A stretch of DNA of 62,352 nucleotides, the filler included, from Circinaria calcarea (taxonomy: Eukaryota), in the NCBI GenBank assembly GCA_051942165.1. It is 24 parts of 24 records of this genome, joined end to end, with 100 filler letters (N's around TTAATTAATTAA, not from the genome) between each part and the next. Parts side by side here need not be neighbours in the genome. Positions count along the whole stretch, not along the records: positions 23,511 to 26,015 come from JAVECS010003482.1; positions 26,116 to 28,620 come from JAVECS010003483.1; positions 28,721 to 31,224 come from JAVECS010003484.1; positions 31,325 to 33,825 come from JAVECS010003485.1; positions 33,926 to 36,425 come from JAVECS010003486.1; 19 more parts are not named here. One strand, given 5' to 3'. The notes under the pieces were generated by a model. It was not told where the DNA came from. It was given only the letters and a program-made list of their open reading frames with translations, and searched no databases. Made by a program: the position numbers and the translations under genes. Positions within the stretch are counted from its first letter, which is position 1; every line of letters starts with the position of its first letter. Shown here in pieces: positions 23,511 through 36,525 of this stretch.

Positions 23511-24968
23511 CTCTCCCATAGGTCTGACCAACACGTCGAGAAGCTCACTCCCATCAGGCCAGGATGTTGCGGTTAAGCGTATCAACTCCATACCTAGCGT
23601 TGTGTAGCCCATTTCGCAGTCGAAGCAGACTGCACTGTCCGAGTTTTGGGCCCCTTTGACCGGGGTTTTCTTAAACTGCAGGATCAGAGCAAGTCGTTTT
23701 GCTTCTGATACCTTGAACACATGGCTGTCTGCTACCGTACAGCCTGAAGTGCCCAATGTCTGATTACAGCAGGAGTATGTAGGCTCTTTATGGCCACTGT
23801 CCGCCTTGTCCCTTGTTGGTCGGATGGTCTTACCATGGTGATAATGGCATTTGCCTCCAGTCGTCAGTGCCCCATCCTCTGCCCTTCGCCCAGGAAATAC
23901 CTGAAATCTGGATTTGCAACGGTCACATTGTTCCCAGCCATGCGTAGCCTCGACACCTTGCCTCGCTTGCTCAATTTCAGATTCACTTGGTGGAGCAGGA
24001 ACGTAACCGTAGCCGGCAAGGGCGTCTTGCTGGGCCACCAGCTTAGATACAAGGCTAATCTCCTCAACAGCTTGTAAACCGGTATAGAGCAACACCGGAG
24101 ATTTGGTAGGCCGAGGCGGAGCAGGTTGTGGGTATTGGTTAGCAATCTGCTTCAGTCGATCATTCCTCCATTCATCCACCTTCATCTTCTTCAAAGCAAC
24201 AATACGTAGCTTCATCAGATTGGTATACACAGCGTGGTTTTCTTTTGCGATTTTCTCTTCTTCGTCTAGTACTTCTGTAATCATCTCCTGAGGCGACAGC
24301 TCCAAGGCTTCCTTTGAAGGATCCTCGGAGAATTTAATTGCTTTGTTTAGACGTGTCATTTGCTCATACAATAACGTTACTAGCTTCAATCGCACAGCGT
24401 GGGAAGCAGGAGCCTTTTTCAAGATCCTCGGATTCAGAGATTCCGCTGGCCGTCCAACAGCCGGAAGTGCCACAGCTCGACACGAAGAAGCCTGAATCTT
24501 AGCTGTAGCATCGTAGCGTGAAGGAGATCCGGATGAGGTAGATGTTACACCTGCTACATCACGTCGACGTTCTCGTAGGGGTGGAGGACTCACACCTCTA
24601 GTGGCCGAAGCAGGCAGGCGATGGTCGTTGTTTTCACTGACCTCCAAGCCATTGCCAATCTCGGTTTTTGGAAGCGTAATAGGAGGAACTCGGAGAGTTT
24701 TCCCATTAGTCCTTGTAGGAGATACTCTGGGAACCTTTTCGCCGACCTCAAATTCTTCATGGATACGTCGTCTTTTGCGCGGTAGATCTGACTCGGGAAA
24801 ATCTAGCTCTGGGAGCTCTTTCTGTCTGTTGGCTAAAGGTGCTTCTAGTGAAGAAGCGATTTGTGTTCTACAAGAAACGACAGCATGAGAAAACATGCAA
24901 TTAAGGAGTTGGCACTGGTTTCCCTCTGGACACGCCAGCTGCCTAAATAGCCCCAAGGTAGAAAACAT
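23511..24968 (-). CDS. REX3: RNA exonuclease 3 (DEDDh; 3'-partial)
   Basis: N-terminal CPEGNQCQLLNCMFSH, then GWEQCDRCKSRFQVFPGRR, CHYHHGK, YSCC...GCT...HVFK, and the ExoI motif CFDCEMGYTTLGMELIRLT. Confidence 0.9.
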
Positions 24969-25637
24969 AACGTCTAATATTGATTTGACTAACGTTGAGC
25001 TTTGACTGGATAGCTGGATCGTCTGGTTGGACGGCCAGCGTACGGCTTTCGAGAGACAGGAGTAGTATCAGGAACTGGAGGTCAAGAAGCTAACTCGTCT
25101 GAAAAGGAAGTGGAAGGGGAGACGATGATGCGCGTAGCATATCTCACTTCAGATGTCTCATTCAGCTTCCAGTGCACAGTGATGACTCGGACGCTGTTGA
25201 AACTGGAGATTCACATCCTGTCCTTCAGCAACAATACCCAATGACAGCTTTTAAGTTTCGACGAGTTGCCGCTTTAGGTCTCCACGCCTTTGTTGGTGCT
25301 CCAAACTCTTAGCTTTCCGATAGGGCTGCGGGAGGTCTAGTCTCGGGTTGTTTCCGATTCCGTGGGCCCGGAGTAGCGTGCTAAGGCCAGATGATTTTCC
25401 TCGTCATCACTTGTGGTAGGTAAACAATGCGTGACAAAGGTAAGCTGATAAGGTAACCACCACCGTCCTCTCACGCCACCGCCACTGTTTTCATCTGTAC
25501 AAACCTTGGAGTCCAGTATTGGCCGTTGCTACGCATTGGGAACCCTTCCTACAACATCCTCTTGCCGTGACATCTTTGCTCCGGCGTCGGCTGTACATCA
25601 TTTCACCTTCCCTTGGTGTGGATCTGACATTGTAAGC

Positions 25638-26015
25638 ATGGAAGAAACGGAAAGGATAGACCTCAGCGAAGCTTCTAAAGCAGATCATCTATGTGTCCTA
25701 GTACATGGGTGAGACCTCCTCGTTCACAAAGCTACTTGCGTCCTGGGCTCATTAAGCTGGTTTAGCCTGTGGGGCAATCCGAAGCATCTATCATATCTAA
25801 AAACCGCTCTCCAACAAGAACATACTGAGGATAAACTACATATCCTCGTAGCCACTCGTAACTCGGATAGCTTCACTTATGATGGCATTGACGTCGGCGG
25901 AGAAAGAGTCACTGCAGAGATTGAGGCCGCCATTGAAGAGCTACAAAGGAGGGGACAGGAGATCAAGAAATTGAGTATGGTCGGTTACTCGTTAGGGGGC
26001 TTGGTCGCGAGGATG
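25638..26015 (+). CDS. Putative lipase/serine esterase DUF676 (3'-partial); intron 25709-25765
   Basis: ADHLCVLVHG|LWGNPKHL...TYDGIDVGGERV...KKLSMVGYSLGGLVAR includes the GxSxG nucleophile elbow. Confidence 0.9.
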
Positions 26016-27664
26016 NNNNNNNNNNNNNNNNNNNNNNNNNNNNNNNNNNNNNNNNNNNNTTAATTAATTAANNNNNNNNNNNNNNNNNNNNNNNNNNNNN
26101 NNNNNNNNNNNNNNNTCGAGGGACGAGAAATGCGGGGGCGGAATTATGGTAGCCACGATGGCGGATTGCACCGGATTCCTTGACCTGAGGTTTCGCGAGA
26201 GTGGGGTTGACGAGTACCGTTAGACAACCGAGGAATCAATCCAAAGGATTCGCCGATACGTGTGGTGCGAGGACTTTGGGGAACAGGATCGAGGTCAATT
26301 GCGCTGTTCGGCAATCTTCAAGTCGTTTTCGGTTTCCGATGGGGAACCAATCCAACAATCGTTGCTGACCTGTAGCTTAACCAAAGTCCTATCCAAAACT
26401 TTGCTCCGTTCCAACCGCAAAATGATGCAGCGTACGGTGATGGGCAAGCAGAGTAAGGTAGTGCTGTAAGCCGTGGTCAGTCAGTAGGGAGTAGGGAGGG
26501 TGAGGTGGTGGTGGTGATGATAATTTTCAGAAGCGTGCCGACAAGGGACAGAAGTTCAGCTGGCACCGAGTCCTGGATGTGGATAAGGGCAAGGCAGGCG
26601 TCATCGGGCTACGATTGGCTCGGGCTCGTAGATTGAGGGTCTGCAGGATGAAAGAATTGCCTTGATTGGTTTCACGGTCGCGCATGCGGTTGCTCTACGA
26701 GGATCGGTAGAGGGAGAGGAGAGCACGGCACCCTTGTGCTTATCGATGCGGATGACACGCTGGACCTGACTCTAAAGGTGAGGTTAAAGCGCAGGCAGGG
26801 TAAGAAAAGGCGAATGAGGGGCGGATCCGCCCTGAAAGGGGCCGTCGGCCTGGGGCGATGGTGGCTTTTTTGCTGGTGGAGATTGGAGGGTCGGAAGGCG
26901 GAAGCGATAGGACGACTAGCGATTGCCCCTCAGTGGTTGTTGGCGAGTACCTACCTACCTTACCTACAGTACAGTACTCTGCTATGCCGGATGAAGTTGT
27001 TGGGCGGGATGCCAAGGTGGACACGAGATGGCTGACTGATGAAAGAGGGAGGCGACTGTGTGGAATCAAATACCAGGACAGGTACCGGCGCCATCGACGA
27101 TCGTTGACAGCATCGTGTAAGAGGCTGTCATAGGCGCTGATTCGGCAACTTTACGCTCCGGACCCTCCAAAGAGGAAGTCGTCCCCCGTCGCGGACTAGC
27201 GGAATCCGCCGGGAGAGCAGCGAGATTTCGGTAGGGAAAGGGAAAAGGAAAAGGGGAGAAGTCGCAACATGTCAGGAGCGGAGGCTTAACGAATCATAAA
27301 ATCGAATTCCCAATAAATCAATTCCTGTCATGTGGCTGCCTGGCATCCATCTCCCTACGGCCTTTTGCGTCTAGAAATGTCATCCGAGAATATTTTCAGG
27401 CCATAAGGCATGAAGGGAATCATGGTTGAAGGCCCTTGACCCTCGTCGTTTGATCTGAGTGAGATATGTCCCCGGATAGGATCTGTTTACGAGAAAAAGG
27501 ATGGGAGCTTGTGCTGTCCATCGGGAATCTTGTAGGCAGTACTGTATTTACCCAGACTCGGACTCCCTATTCAACGTGATGACACTGTCTTGCCTCACTT
27601 CATTCACCCTAGAAACTGCTTTTTCGTCCCATTTATAATCCCTGCTCACCGTCTGTCAACCAAT

Positions 27665-28620
27665 ATGATCTCCAAGCGCCTTCCGCCCGCCCAGCCAACT
27701 TACGTCCTGCGAGGTCATGCCTCTCAAATCCACGCCTTACATTTCTACAAAGGTAACCTTCTCACGGCCGATGCCGAAGGCTGGCTGGTATCCTGGGGTC
27801 TGGCATACAAGCGGCCTGTGGCTGTCTGGAGAGCTCATGAAGATGCAATCCTCGGTTTAGCGACCTGGGGCGAAGACCGCATCATCACGTACGCTCAAAA
27901 GTAATAGTATGGCCCTGCTGGCTAGCTAATGATTAGTTAAATAGGCATGGCAGAGACAATAAAATCATCATCTGGCAGCTTACAGCTAAAGATGAGAGCA
28001 TACTAGACAAGATTCTGCCAATCGATGACTCTCATTCGAAAAGAGCACAGCCATGGATCTTGCATATATTACCCGTCAACGCCATGAATTTCTGTTCCTT
28101 CGCCATCTGTAAGGACCAGACGAGAAAGCCGTCGGCGGCGAAGGAATTAATGAAGCCGAATGAGGACCTCCGACATCAACCAGTGTTGATAGCCATTCCC
28201 AACACCCTTGATTCTGACGGCGTAAGTTATGCAAAGCTCCAATTCATCAAGCAGCTTGATCGAAACCAAACATTTAGATCGATATCTTCCAATTCCCCTC
28301 CGAAGAACGCATTAGCACAATCTCACCAAGCAAAAAGATAAAAACAGGTACCAACATCCTATCCCATTCCATCCCGCCCCTTTTCCCTGTCTGATCCAAA
28401 CTACCCTCGACATCACCACTAACAATTCCCCAGGAATGGTCATGGCCCTCGCCATCCACTCAAACCCCACACGGTCCTTCCAAATCGCCGCCGGCTACGA
28501 AAGCGGCCACGCAATAGTCTATTTCCAGCCGGATCGAGGCCTTCCATGGCAAAACATCTACACCACCCAATCCCATTCCCAACCAGGTAAACCCTTTCCC
28601 CTTCTTTACCACCCCTCCCG
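27665..28620 (+). CDS. ASA1: ASTRA-associated WD40 protein 1 (3'-partial); introns 27889-27944, 28222-28277, 28348-28433, 28587-edge
   Basis: PPAQPTYVLRGHASQIH...RPVAVWRAH...IIT|HGRDNKIIIWQL...LPVNAMNFCSF...GMVMAL...AAGYESG...HSQP. Confidence 0.88.
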
Positions 28621-30444
28621 NNNNNNNNNNNNNNNNNNNNNNNNNNNNNNNNNNNNNNNNNNNNTTAATTAATTAANNNNNNNNNNNNNNNNNNNNNNNN
28701 NNNNNNNNNNNNNNNNNNNNGGAGGAAAGATATAAGGCCAACCCCGTGGCTTTACCATATGGTCGGATTGGTGGCTTTCTGGGAATTCCCCACTGGCCTG
28801 GATTCTAATAAACGAAATAGATACCTCTAGCTTTTTTGCTATCGTACTTCTTCTCCGGCCCCACGGCTTTTATCTCTAGTTCGGCTAGCTTTTGCTAAAA
28901 TACCCGTTTGGATGAACCCCCTCTTAAGGAAAGGCTGCATTTCGTTTGGGTGCATCGGTCTCATGGTACCGGGTCGAGGCCTGAGGACATGCGTTGGCGT
29001 GGCTCAAAGGAAACCGAGACATCGAAAGCTCCCCTCCCGTCTGCTTCTCGTTGCCTGCAGAAAGCGTACCAAGACCTTGAAGTCTCTCCAGCGAGAGGGA
29101 GCAAGCGTCGTAGGCTTTCGTCCCGTGGGCAGACGGCCGTAGCAGTACCCGTAATGTAAAGCTGGCCCTGAGGAACACAAGAAACACCCTGTTCTTGCAA
29201 TGCCTCCCTTTGCTGCTACTTATTTCCTCCCCCGCTCCCCGCACAAACTCCACCCCAGAAAGGGGCACCGTTACCCATGCCACTAATCCTACTAGATTAG
29301 ACCCGTCCCCAACCCATTTTTACCATTCGGTCGAACCACCTCTCACCCACCGCCACCCTTTCAGCAGTCCAACTTTGCCATCCATTCCCTCCCCGCAACT
29401 CTCCCTCGGATCCGTCCCTTTTTCACCCATCCTTATCCACAAACCGAATCCTCGGCACCGCCTCCTTTAGCCTTTCCTGATCTCTTTCCGTCGGCACGAG
29501 ATGGAATTTCTTTTCGGCTAGGTGGGTGAGCATGAGGCCTAAACTGGCCCAAGTGATGACACCGAAGCCGAGGAAGAGACGCGTCCGCGGTCCAAGGGAG
29601 CGGTAGGACCTGTGATAAAATTGGGGATTAGTGGGGGAGAAATGGGTTGGGGTAGAGGTGAGGATGGAATGCGGGGGGAAGGTTTTACTGCCAGAGGGAC
29701 ATGGTTTTGATAGCTTTTAAGAAGGTTTTGGGGGGCCGCGTCAGAACGGATGCTGAGTTCGCGCCGTGGATAGAAGTCAAGACGCAAGAATGATCTGCTC
29801 GGTGCGTTCGTAAAAGATATATATATTTCAAGCCTTCTGTTGATGGCAGCTTTGGGATTCCAGCAATGCTCCGTTTTTTGTGTGGCAACCTTCCTCTTGG
29901 TTTAGAGAAAGGGTTGAGAGCTGTCTTATCATTTACACAATGCAGCCGATGGTAACGCTGGGGAAAGAGTTACTTGTTTCGTACCCTACATATGGTACTG
30001 GTAATAAATGGAAACTTAACCGAAAAACCCCGGCGTAGGGTGAGGGCACACTACCACAGAATTTATATAATAAGAGGTGCCTTTAGATAACAGAGGAAGC
30101 CCCAAGTTGAGTTGGGATGCATCAAGTTACAACACAGTCCTATATTCTCTATTCCACACTATTCCGTAGAATCCACAATTTACGAGTATACAATGACAGA
30201 AACTCGACAAACAAGTTAACAAGCTGAGAAAAGACCGAGTATAAACTGTGCCGATCACGTAGTCGGGCAGTTATCTTGGATTTCACAGTCTTATTCCGCT
30301 GGTTCAGAAGCTGCATTTGTTTCACATGTAGGGAGAATTCGTTAACTCATCATTTGCTTGAGATGGACTATTTTATTAGATTACATGTGTCCTAGCCAAA
30401 AATGGCCAATACCAACCCCCTCCTGAAGGAACTAAGGAGTAAAT

Positions 30445-31224
30445 TCAGATTCGCATTCTGTTTTCTCTTTCGTGGCACTTGGTAGGATTGAAGATCAGCC
30501 CGTTGCAAGCCAAGCACACGAATCCGTAAGTGCCTGTGAGCTTGGACTGCGGGTTTTCGATGCTTTTGCAGCTAGGACAGATGTCCACTTGATCCTCGAA
30601 AAGGGGGAAGGAACTTTCCAATGGCAAGACGGACTCCTCTGGATACAGCTGCCGTAAAGCGGCGTGTTGCGCCTGGCCACGACCATAAAGGAGTCCGTAC
30701 GCCTCGCAGACGCAGGCGTGACATTTCCAACCTCGGCGGAGCGTGTCGAGGCAGGTGCAGGCGTTGCAGCCTTCGGGATAGCTCCTGATCATGTCAGCGG
30801 AACAATCGTCGCACACTCTCTGCGGATAGAGCCCACCGTCCCATTTGAATCCCGGCACGTCCACCACCCCGGGTGCTCCATGGGGGTACACCAACCCGGA
30901 TAGTTTGAGGGCGTGGCCCCTCCAAGGACCCTCCATAACCGCGACTCCTGTGCAGGATTCGCAGATATTGAAGCAGCCATCGGCCGGGTGATTTTCGCAG
31001 TATCTCATTTGGCAGGTGCTGGTCGGCCCGTTAGGGCATGGATACTCCTCAATCCCCCCGAAGAGGCCGGAAAAGAGGCCGGGATTACCGTACTCTGCTC
31101 CTTGGCACTGAGCGCCCAAACGATTGAGATGACCAGGCTCTCTGACCAAGTCCATCAAATCGGGGGATCGCCCAAGCCGCCTGCTGCACAAACGCAATTG
31201 CTGGATGTCGCGTAAGTTGAGGCA
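30445..31224 (-). CDS. Cysteine-rich hypothetical protein, possible F-box remnant at the contig edge (5'-partial)
   Basis: Open frame of about 259 aa beginning CLNLRDIQQLRLCSRRL, with five or more CxxC pairs (CESC, CDDC, CHAC, CPSC, CLAC) and CxC motifs. Confidence 0.65.
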   Translation of the reverse strand, partial: CLNLRDIQQLRLCSRRLGRSPDLMDLVREPGHLNRLGAQCQGAEYGNPGLFSGLFGGIEEYPCPNGPTSTCQMRYCENHPADGCFNICESCTGVAVMEGPWRGHALKLSGLVYPHGAPGVVDVPGFKWDGGLYPQRVCDDCSADMIRSYPEGCNACTCLDTLRRGWKCHACVCEAYGLLYGRGQAQHAALRQLYPEESVLPLESSFPLFEDQVDICPSCKSIENPQSKLTGTYGFVCLACNGLIFNPTKCHERENRMRI

Positions 31225-31324
31225 NNNNNNNNNNNNNNNNNNNNNNNNNNNNNNNNNNNNNNNNNNNNTTAATTAATTAANNNNNNNNNNNNNNNNNNNN
31301 NNNNNNNNNNNNNNNNNNNNNNNN

Positions 31325-33090
31325 CAGTTCAAACCCTTCCAGAGCCTGCCCATATCGCTCAAACACCCCCTTCTGATATCCCTCGGCTATTTTCTCGACG
31401 AATTCCTCTTCCCTCCACCTCGCACCGATGAAATCCTCAAATGTCTCGCCCGGCCTCCGTTCCACCGCCCAAACGGCTTTATACGCAGCTCCTAGTGCGC
31501 ATGCGTTCTGACCAACATCTAATCTGTACACGCCCTCTGAACCACCCAATACCTCCCCTGCAATTCTGGCAATGGCAGTATTCTGTGATCCTCCGCCTAC
31601 AAGGTAGATGCGCCGTGGTTGTGGAGGCAAGGCATCTCCTGGTGATTGAACTAAATCCCGAGATCGGAGTCGCAGGGATAGGAGTTGGCTCTCGACAATT
31701 GCCCTGGCATCATCATCCGGTTTGATCCAGCCTTGGTCTGTACCTACTGCTTCTCTCAGGGTTTTCAAATGTGGGTTATACATATAACGCCGTTCTCCTG
31801 CACGTACGTTGGGGACGATTTCTGGCCGCGGAAAATACAGACCCATTTTCATGACATCAGTCTCATTCAATTGCCCCAAAATAGGTGATGTTAAGGCGAG
31901 CTTGTCAAAATTGACCCATGACTTTGGAGGAGCCTCCTTGTCGATAACGTCTCGGTGGAAGCCATCGGCGTTTATGGCATCTCGTATCAGTTCTCGTGCC
32001 AGACCACCATTTTTGTAGCATAACATGAACATGTAGAGGCCAGCAGTTGTAGGGTGATTGAAGAAGTGAACGGCCGGATCTGGCCTGTAATAGGGCGTAG
32101 ACATGAGAAACGTGGTCGATGTACCCAAAGATACAATTGCATCCGACGGCCGGAGAGGGAGTGCGAGAAGAGTGGCAGGGTTATCGCCTGTGAAAGGCGC
32201 TATCGAGCACGAAGGATTGAAATTGTATCTTTGAACGAAGTACGGGCTGATAGTACCTAGGCTACCACCGCCATCTTCAAACGCGTCACCGAGCTTGATT
32301 GTTAAATCCATAGCCTTTTCCTTATGTCCAGAAGCCAAGACCACCAACTTCTCACTCCACGCGCCAGCCTTGACGTCCCAGAGATTCATACCACATACGT
32401 CGGAAATGTCACAAGGCGCGATCTCACCGAGGAAGACGGATGCAAGGAAAGATGAAACCAAAGATATGTGGGAGGTTCCCTCATATGCTTCCGGATGTCT
32501 TCTTTGGAAGCGGAGGATTTGCGGGCCAGTGAAGCGCTGAGACCCTTCATAAGCAGAACTCTAAAGTTTGGACAGATCCACCAACTTACATGATGTGCTT
32601 TACTACCTGTACACAGAGCTAACTGCTCCGCACCGCCAAGCTCCTTATCAAAGGCATCGCACTCTTTTTGCGTACTAGCATCTTGCCAATTAGGACTGAA
32701 TGGATGAGAAAAGGCATAAATCAGCTGTTCTTCAAGTAACTTCTCTTTGTCTAGATTGCGTAAGGCGTATTCCCCCTTCTCACTCCAGTATACACTTCCG
32801 TGTTGTTGCCCTGCTCCACTGATTCCTTTCACCCTACTGAAATCCATACCCGCGTGCTCTAGCCTTGCCAGTAATTTATCTATAGCTTGCAGCCAAAGTG
32901 CAACGGGCGCATATACTTCATGTTCGTCTTCATTAGTGATTACCCCCTTTTTAACGTCGAACCCAGTAGAATCCTCATCGAAATCAAACTTTGCCTCGTA
33001 TTGGACCCTGAGGCTCGATGTGACGGCCAGTCCCTTGAGCTGTTGAGTGGAAAGGTCGAAACCTAGATATAAAGGCTCCACGGAAGCCAT
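31325..33090 (-). CDS. XKS1: D-xylulose kinase (FGGY family; 3'-partial); intron 32537-32589
   Basis: [72 protein letters not shown]. Confidence 0.96.
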
Positions 33091-33566
33091 AGCGAACAGG
33101 CAGAACCACCTTGCAGTAGTATAGAAGCAGAACGGTTATAGCATACAGTAACTACTCTGGGGCAATGATGGTGATCCAGCGTGTTGAGAGCCAATGCAAA
33201 CAAAGGCAAATATATTGGATTTCTGATCGCATAAACAGCAGCACGATCCAATGTGATAAGTACTCCTGTGAGAAGTGGCTAGATTCCAATGTAGGGAGTT
33301 GATGTGAAGCGATTTACGGGAGCTATGTCATAAACACCGTCTAATGCTTAGAAGAGCTTAGCGTTGATCGGCAAGTAAAAGGCATGAGATAGCAGCCGTA
33401 CCTAAGGTAGTTGACATTAGAATACGATGAACAAACATTACAACCGCATATTTGAGGTGTGCAGACTTACTTCTAGATCAACTCACGTACCCTTCTTCTG
33501 TTGAGACAGTTGATAGGCCAATATGCTACCCCCAATGTTTTCAGGATTGCCTTCTTGTTAAATTCG

Positions 33567-33824
33567 TCACAGTCCCTTACGCGCTGCGCCATTATTGCTG
33601 CCGTTCATCGGAGGATGCGAATGGTCATGATTATGGCTGTGATCATGCAACTCCTCTTGTTCCGGCTCCGGACTGCTTCTTGGGCTGACGTCTGGCCCTA
33701 TGAACTCATCCTTGAATTCTGGCTGCTCTTGCTCCTTTGCAACAAATTTAACCCTAACCTTCCTGACGCCTCTGACCTTGGAACCAATTCGTATCCGTAC
33801 CGCATCTTCGATTTGTCGTATCTG
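33567..33824 (-). CDS. MMT2: Mitochondrial cation-efflux (CDF) metal transporter Mmt1/Mmt2-like, C-terminal tail (5'-partial)
   Basis: A frame absent from the ORF track reads QIEDAVRIRIGSKVRGVRKVRVKFVAKEQEQPEFKDEFIGPDVSPRSSPEPEQEELHDHSHNHDHSH...GL*. It matches my recollection of Pezizomycotina Mmt2 C-termini. Confidence 0.65.
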   Translation of the reverse strand, partial: QIRQIEDAVRIRIGSKVRGVRKVRVKFVAKEQEQPEFKDEFIGPDVSPRSSPEPEQEELHDHSHNHDHSHPPMNGSNNGAARKGL

Positions 33825-35231
33825 CNNNNNNNNNNNNNNNNNNNNNNNNNNNNNNNNNNNNNNNNNNNNTTAATTAATTAANNNNNNNNNNNNNNNNNNN
33901 NNNNNNNNNNNNNNNNNNNNNNNNNGGTTGGGAGATTCGGGGAGAGAGAGTTATGTGTTTGGGGGGAAGGACTAAAGAGGGTTGCGAGATGACCGGGAGA
34001 GGAGTACGGGTGCTGGGGGATATTGGAGTTGCTTTCAAAATTAGGATCACAAAGGCTGTGAGGGTAGCACTTGATATGGAGATTGGTATACCCAAAAGTA
34101 TTGCTTGCACTAGGGCTTTATCTGGCAAATGAAGGTTTGGAAGAAGGCAATGGGAGAAGATCGATTTGCTAGCTCACGACTAGGCATTGGTGTATGTCTT
34201 TAAGGATGCGCTATAGCAGAGGGTTTGTTTTCGAATGAGCATTGTGTTCCCATGTCAAATCCAGCACCATGTCAGGGTTCTCCTGAACGTTTCTGGACGT
34301 GCTTTCGGAGCCTTTTCACTGACGGTTGCCATTCTCTCCACTCTCCATCTCACCAAGTCTATCCTGCGTGGCCTCTCGAAACCCAATACAGCATCCAAAT
34401 TTCTCTTGTCGAACCTTAAATCTTCTGCTCTATGATTAAATTAGGGAGCTCAGGCGCATGGATACCGTCTTCAGAACATCGTCTCGCTATTCTCGCAAAT
34501 CGTAACAAATCGCATTCCCCGTCCAGCCTTTGAACGCGACTAAGCTATACAAAGCTGATAGGTCTTACCTAGGAAATCTTCTTTACTTCGAGGGTTACTT
34601 GGCTCTTTAGTAACTGTTTTGTGAATTACTTTGCTTTAGCTGGGAGGGCGTCCTTGATCGGAGGGGGATTGAGTGATGGACGCGGTGTAGGTGTAGCACA
34701 GGATTGGCATAGGCATGTTGCCTTGGCTGTTATTATGGACGTGGTTTGAGGCAAAAAGTCGAAAACTAGCCAGTTGGGTTAATTCGTTGATCTTATAATA
34801 AGGGTATGCTATCCGTAAGGGAAGAACTGGAAGGTGGAGCCTGGACTAGGGCAACCTTATCACATCACCATTTATGGCAGGCCATGTACCTTACCTTAGC
34901 TCTAATCTGACAGTTGCCGCGCCTTACCTTGGCTTGCGATGAACGCCTCAATGCGACCTTTCTCCTAATTCTCCGAGTGTCGATTGCTGAAACCTACGAG
35001 TGATGAAATGCATGTTCGTCGGCTACTTGACAGGCACCTATTCCGTGAGCTAGATTCCATGTATAGAAAGCACCCGCCTTTGTAAGGATTTCAACGTCAC
35101 AAGCCGTCGCATGGTTGGAGAGATAAATTATAAACCCCAGTGAAGAATCCACAGTAGCCAGCCACCTCAGTTATCTTCCCACTGTGCATGTGCAATCGGA
35201 TTTCTTTGGCGGTTGATATGACCGCCTCGGA

Positions 35232-36290
35232 TCATATACCCATGTTCAAGTATTTAACGAGCGTTGCAGAGATGCCCTCTGCTTCAAACAGCAGCCTTCT
35301 TAAAAGACCTGTGGTAGCCTCTAGCATCAAACTCGCGTTATCGTCGTTCTGATTTGCCGAGTCAAACGGAGCTACCGGAGACTGTATCTTCGCTTTCCCT
35401 TCTTTTCCTAGTACGAAGGCTCCACACGACACTTTCGATAAGAACACGATGTCATGGCTCATGTCCATGGCTAGATGTTCACGCAAGTAAACGTATAGGG
35501 CAGTCATGAAAGGGCCCTGACCTTCCATACTGCTGTCCCTCTTCCTCTTCCTTCCATCATTTGACCCGGGAACTCTAATCTTTCTGGATTTTTCTCCTTG
35601 CCTTAGGAATTGGAGAATATCCTCCCGTTTTATCGTAATGTCTAAACTTCTCAGAGACGGTGCGATTGGTGCTTTGAAGCCCATGGTCAAATCCAAGTCT
35701 TTTACCACCTTTAGTAGAAGTCCTGGTCCATTGCGAGAGATGGTCTGCAAATAACCATCTAAGGCTTCCCCAATGAACTCATTGGGAAGCCTCATAACTT
35801 CCGCCCGGGTATCAAAGGTGATTGCTAGGTAATCCAAAAGCACTTCTCGCAATGTGTTTGGCATACGCGTGAGGAGCAGAGGCAGATGTACTGTCCTGTT
35901 GATGGAATCATGCCTTGAAACCCCATTCTCTAGCATGAGGGCTGTATATGTACCCTTCTCATATTCGATCTCCACTTGTATGCCAAGCACGTCCTGGGCT
36001 GCAGTATTCCACGTGTTATCTTGGCTTTCTTGCTGGTCTTCCTTTCTGCCCAGAACATTCCATCTACATTGCTTCAACGGGCCTGCTTTTGTGCTTCTGT
36101 CCGGCATATCACGTTTGACATGTACGCCATGTAGAACATTGCCCTTTAGACGCCCCGCGAATCGACGCGCATGGATCTGTAGACTTGCATCAGAGAGAAG
36201 GGTCGGCGACTCGGCGTAGTGAAGAGGTGAAAGACGGTGGAGCGCATATGTGATATCGTATAGGCAAACATTCACGGTGTCTGACGCCAT
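35232..36290 (-). CDS. fta1: Kinetochore Sim4-complex subunit Fta1 / CENP-L
   Basis: Complete 352-aa ORF with YALHRLSPLH, EIEYEKGTYTALML, LPLLLTRMP...LLDYLAITFD, GPFMTAL..YL.EHLAM and LSKVSCGAFVL..EGKAKI. Confidence 0.82.
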   Translation of the reverse strand: MASDTVNVCLYDITYALHRLSPLHYAESPTLLSDASLQIHARRFAGRLKGNVLHGVHVKRDMPDRSTKAGPLKQCRWNVLGRKEDQQESQDNTWNTAAQDVLGIQVEIEYEKGTYTALMLENGVSRHDSINRTVHLPLLLTRMPNTLREVLLDYLAITFDTRAEVMRLPNEFIGEALDGYLQTISRNGPGLLLKVVKDLDLTMGFKAPIAPSLRSLDITIKREDILQFLRQGEKSRKIRVPGSNDGRKRKRDSSMEGQGPFMTALYVYLREHLAMDMSHDIVFLSKVSCGAFVLGKEGKAKIQSPVAPFDSANQNDDNASLMLEATTGLLRRLLFEAEGISATLVKYLNMGI

Positions 36291-36525
36291 GGAGGATTTC
36301 GAGTTGTTGGCCGTTTGTTTCCAAGCTGGTCAGCATGTAGCGTGGAGACGTTGTTGATTCGAGGGGAGTGCTAGCGGGGTAAAATCCGTACCTGCAGATC
36401 AACCGCCAGCCACATGGGGTCCGAGNNNNNNNNNNNNNNNNNNNNNNNNNNNNNNNNNNNNNNNNNNNNTTAATTAATTAANNNNNNNNNNNNNNNNNNN
36501 NNNNNNNNNNNNNNNNNNNNNNNNN

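Noticed and set aside
33750..33760. Telomere-like ccctaa
   Set aside because: A single unit inside a coding region, with no tandem array.
33926..34750. Possible small spliced gene downstream of fta1
   Set aside because: Splice-like signals are present, but no coherent or recognisable protein could be assembled.
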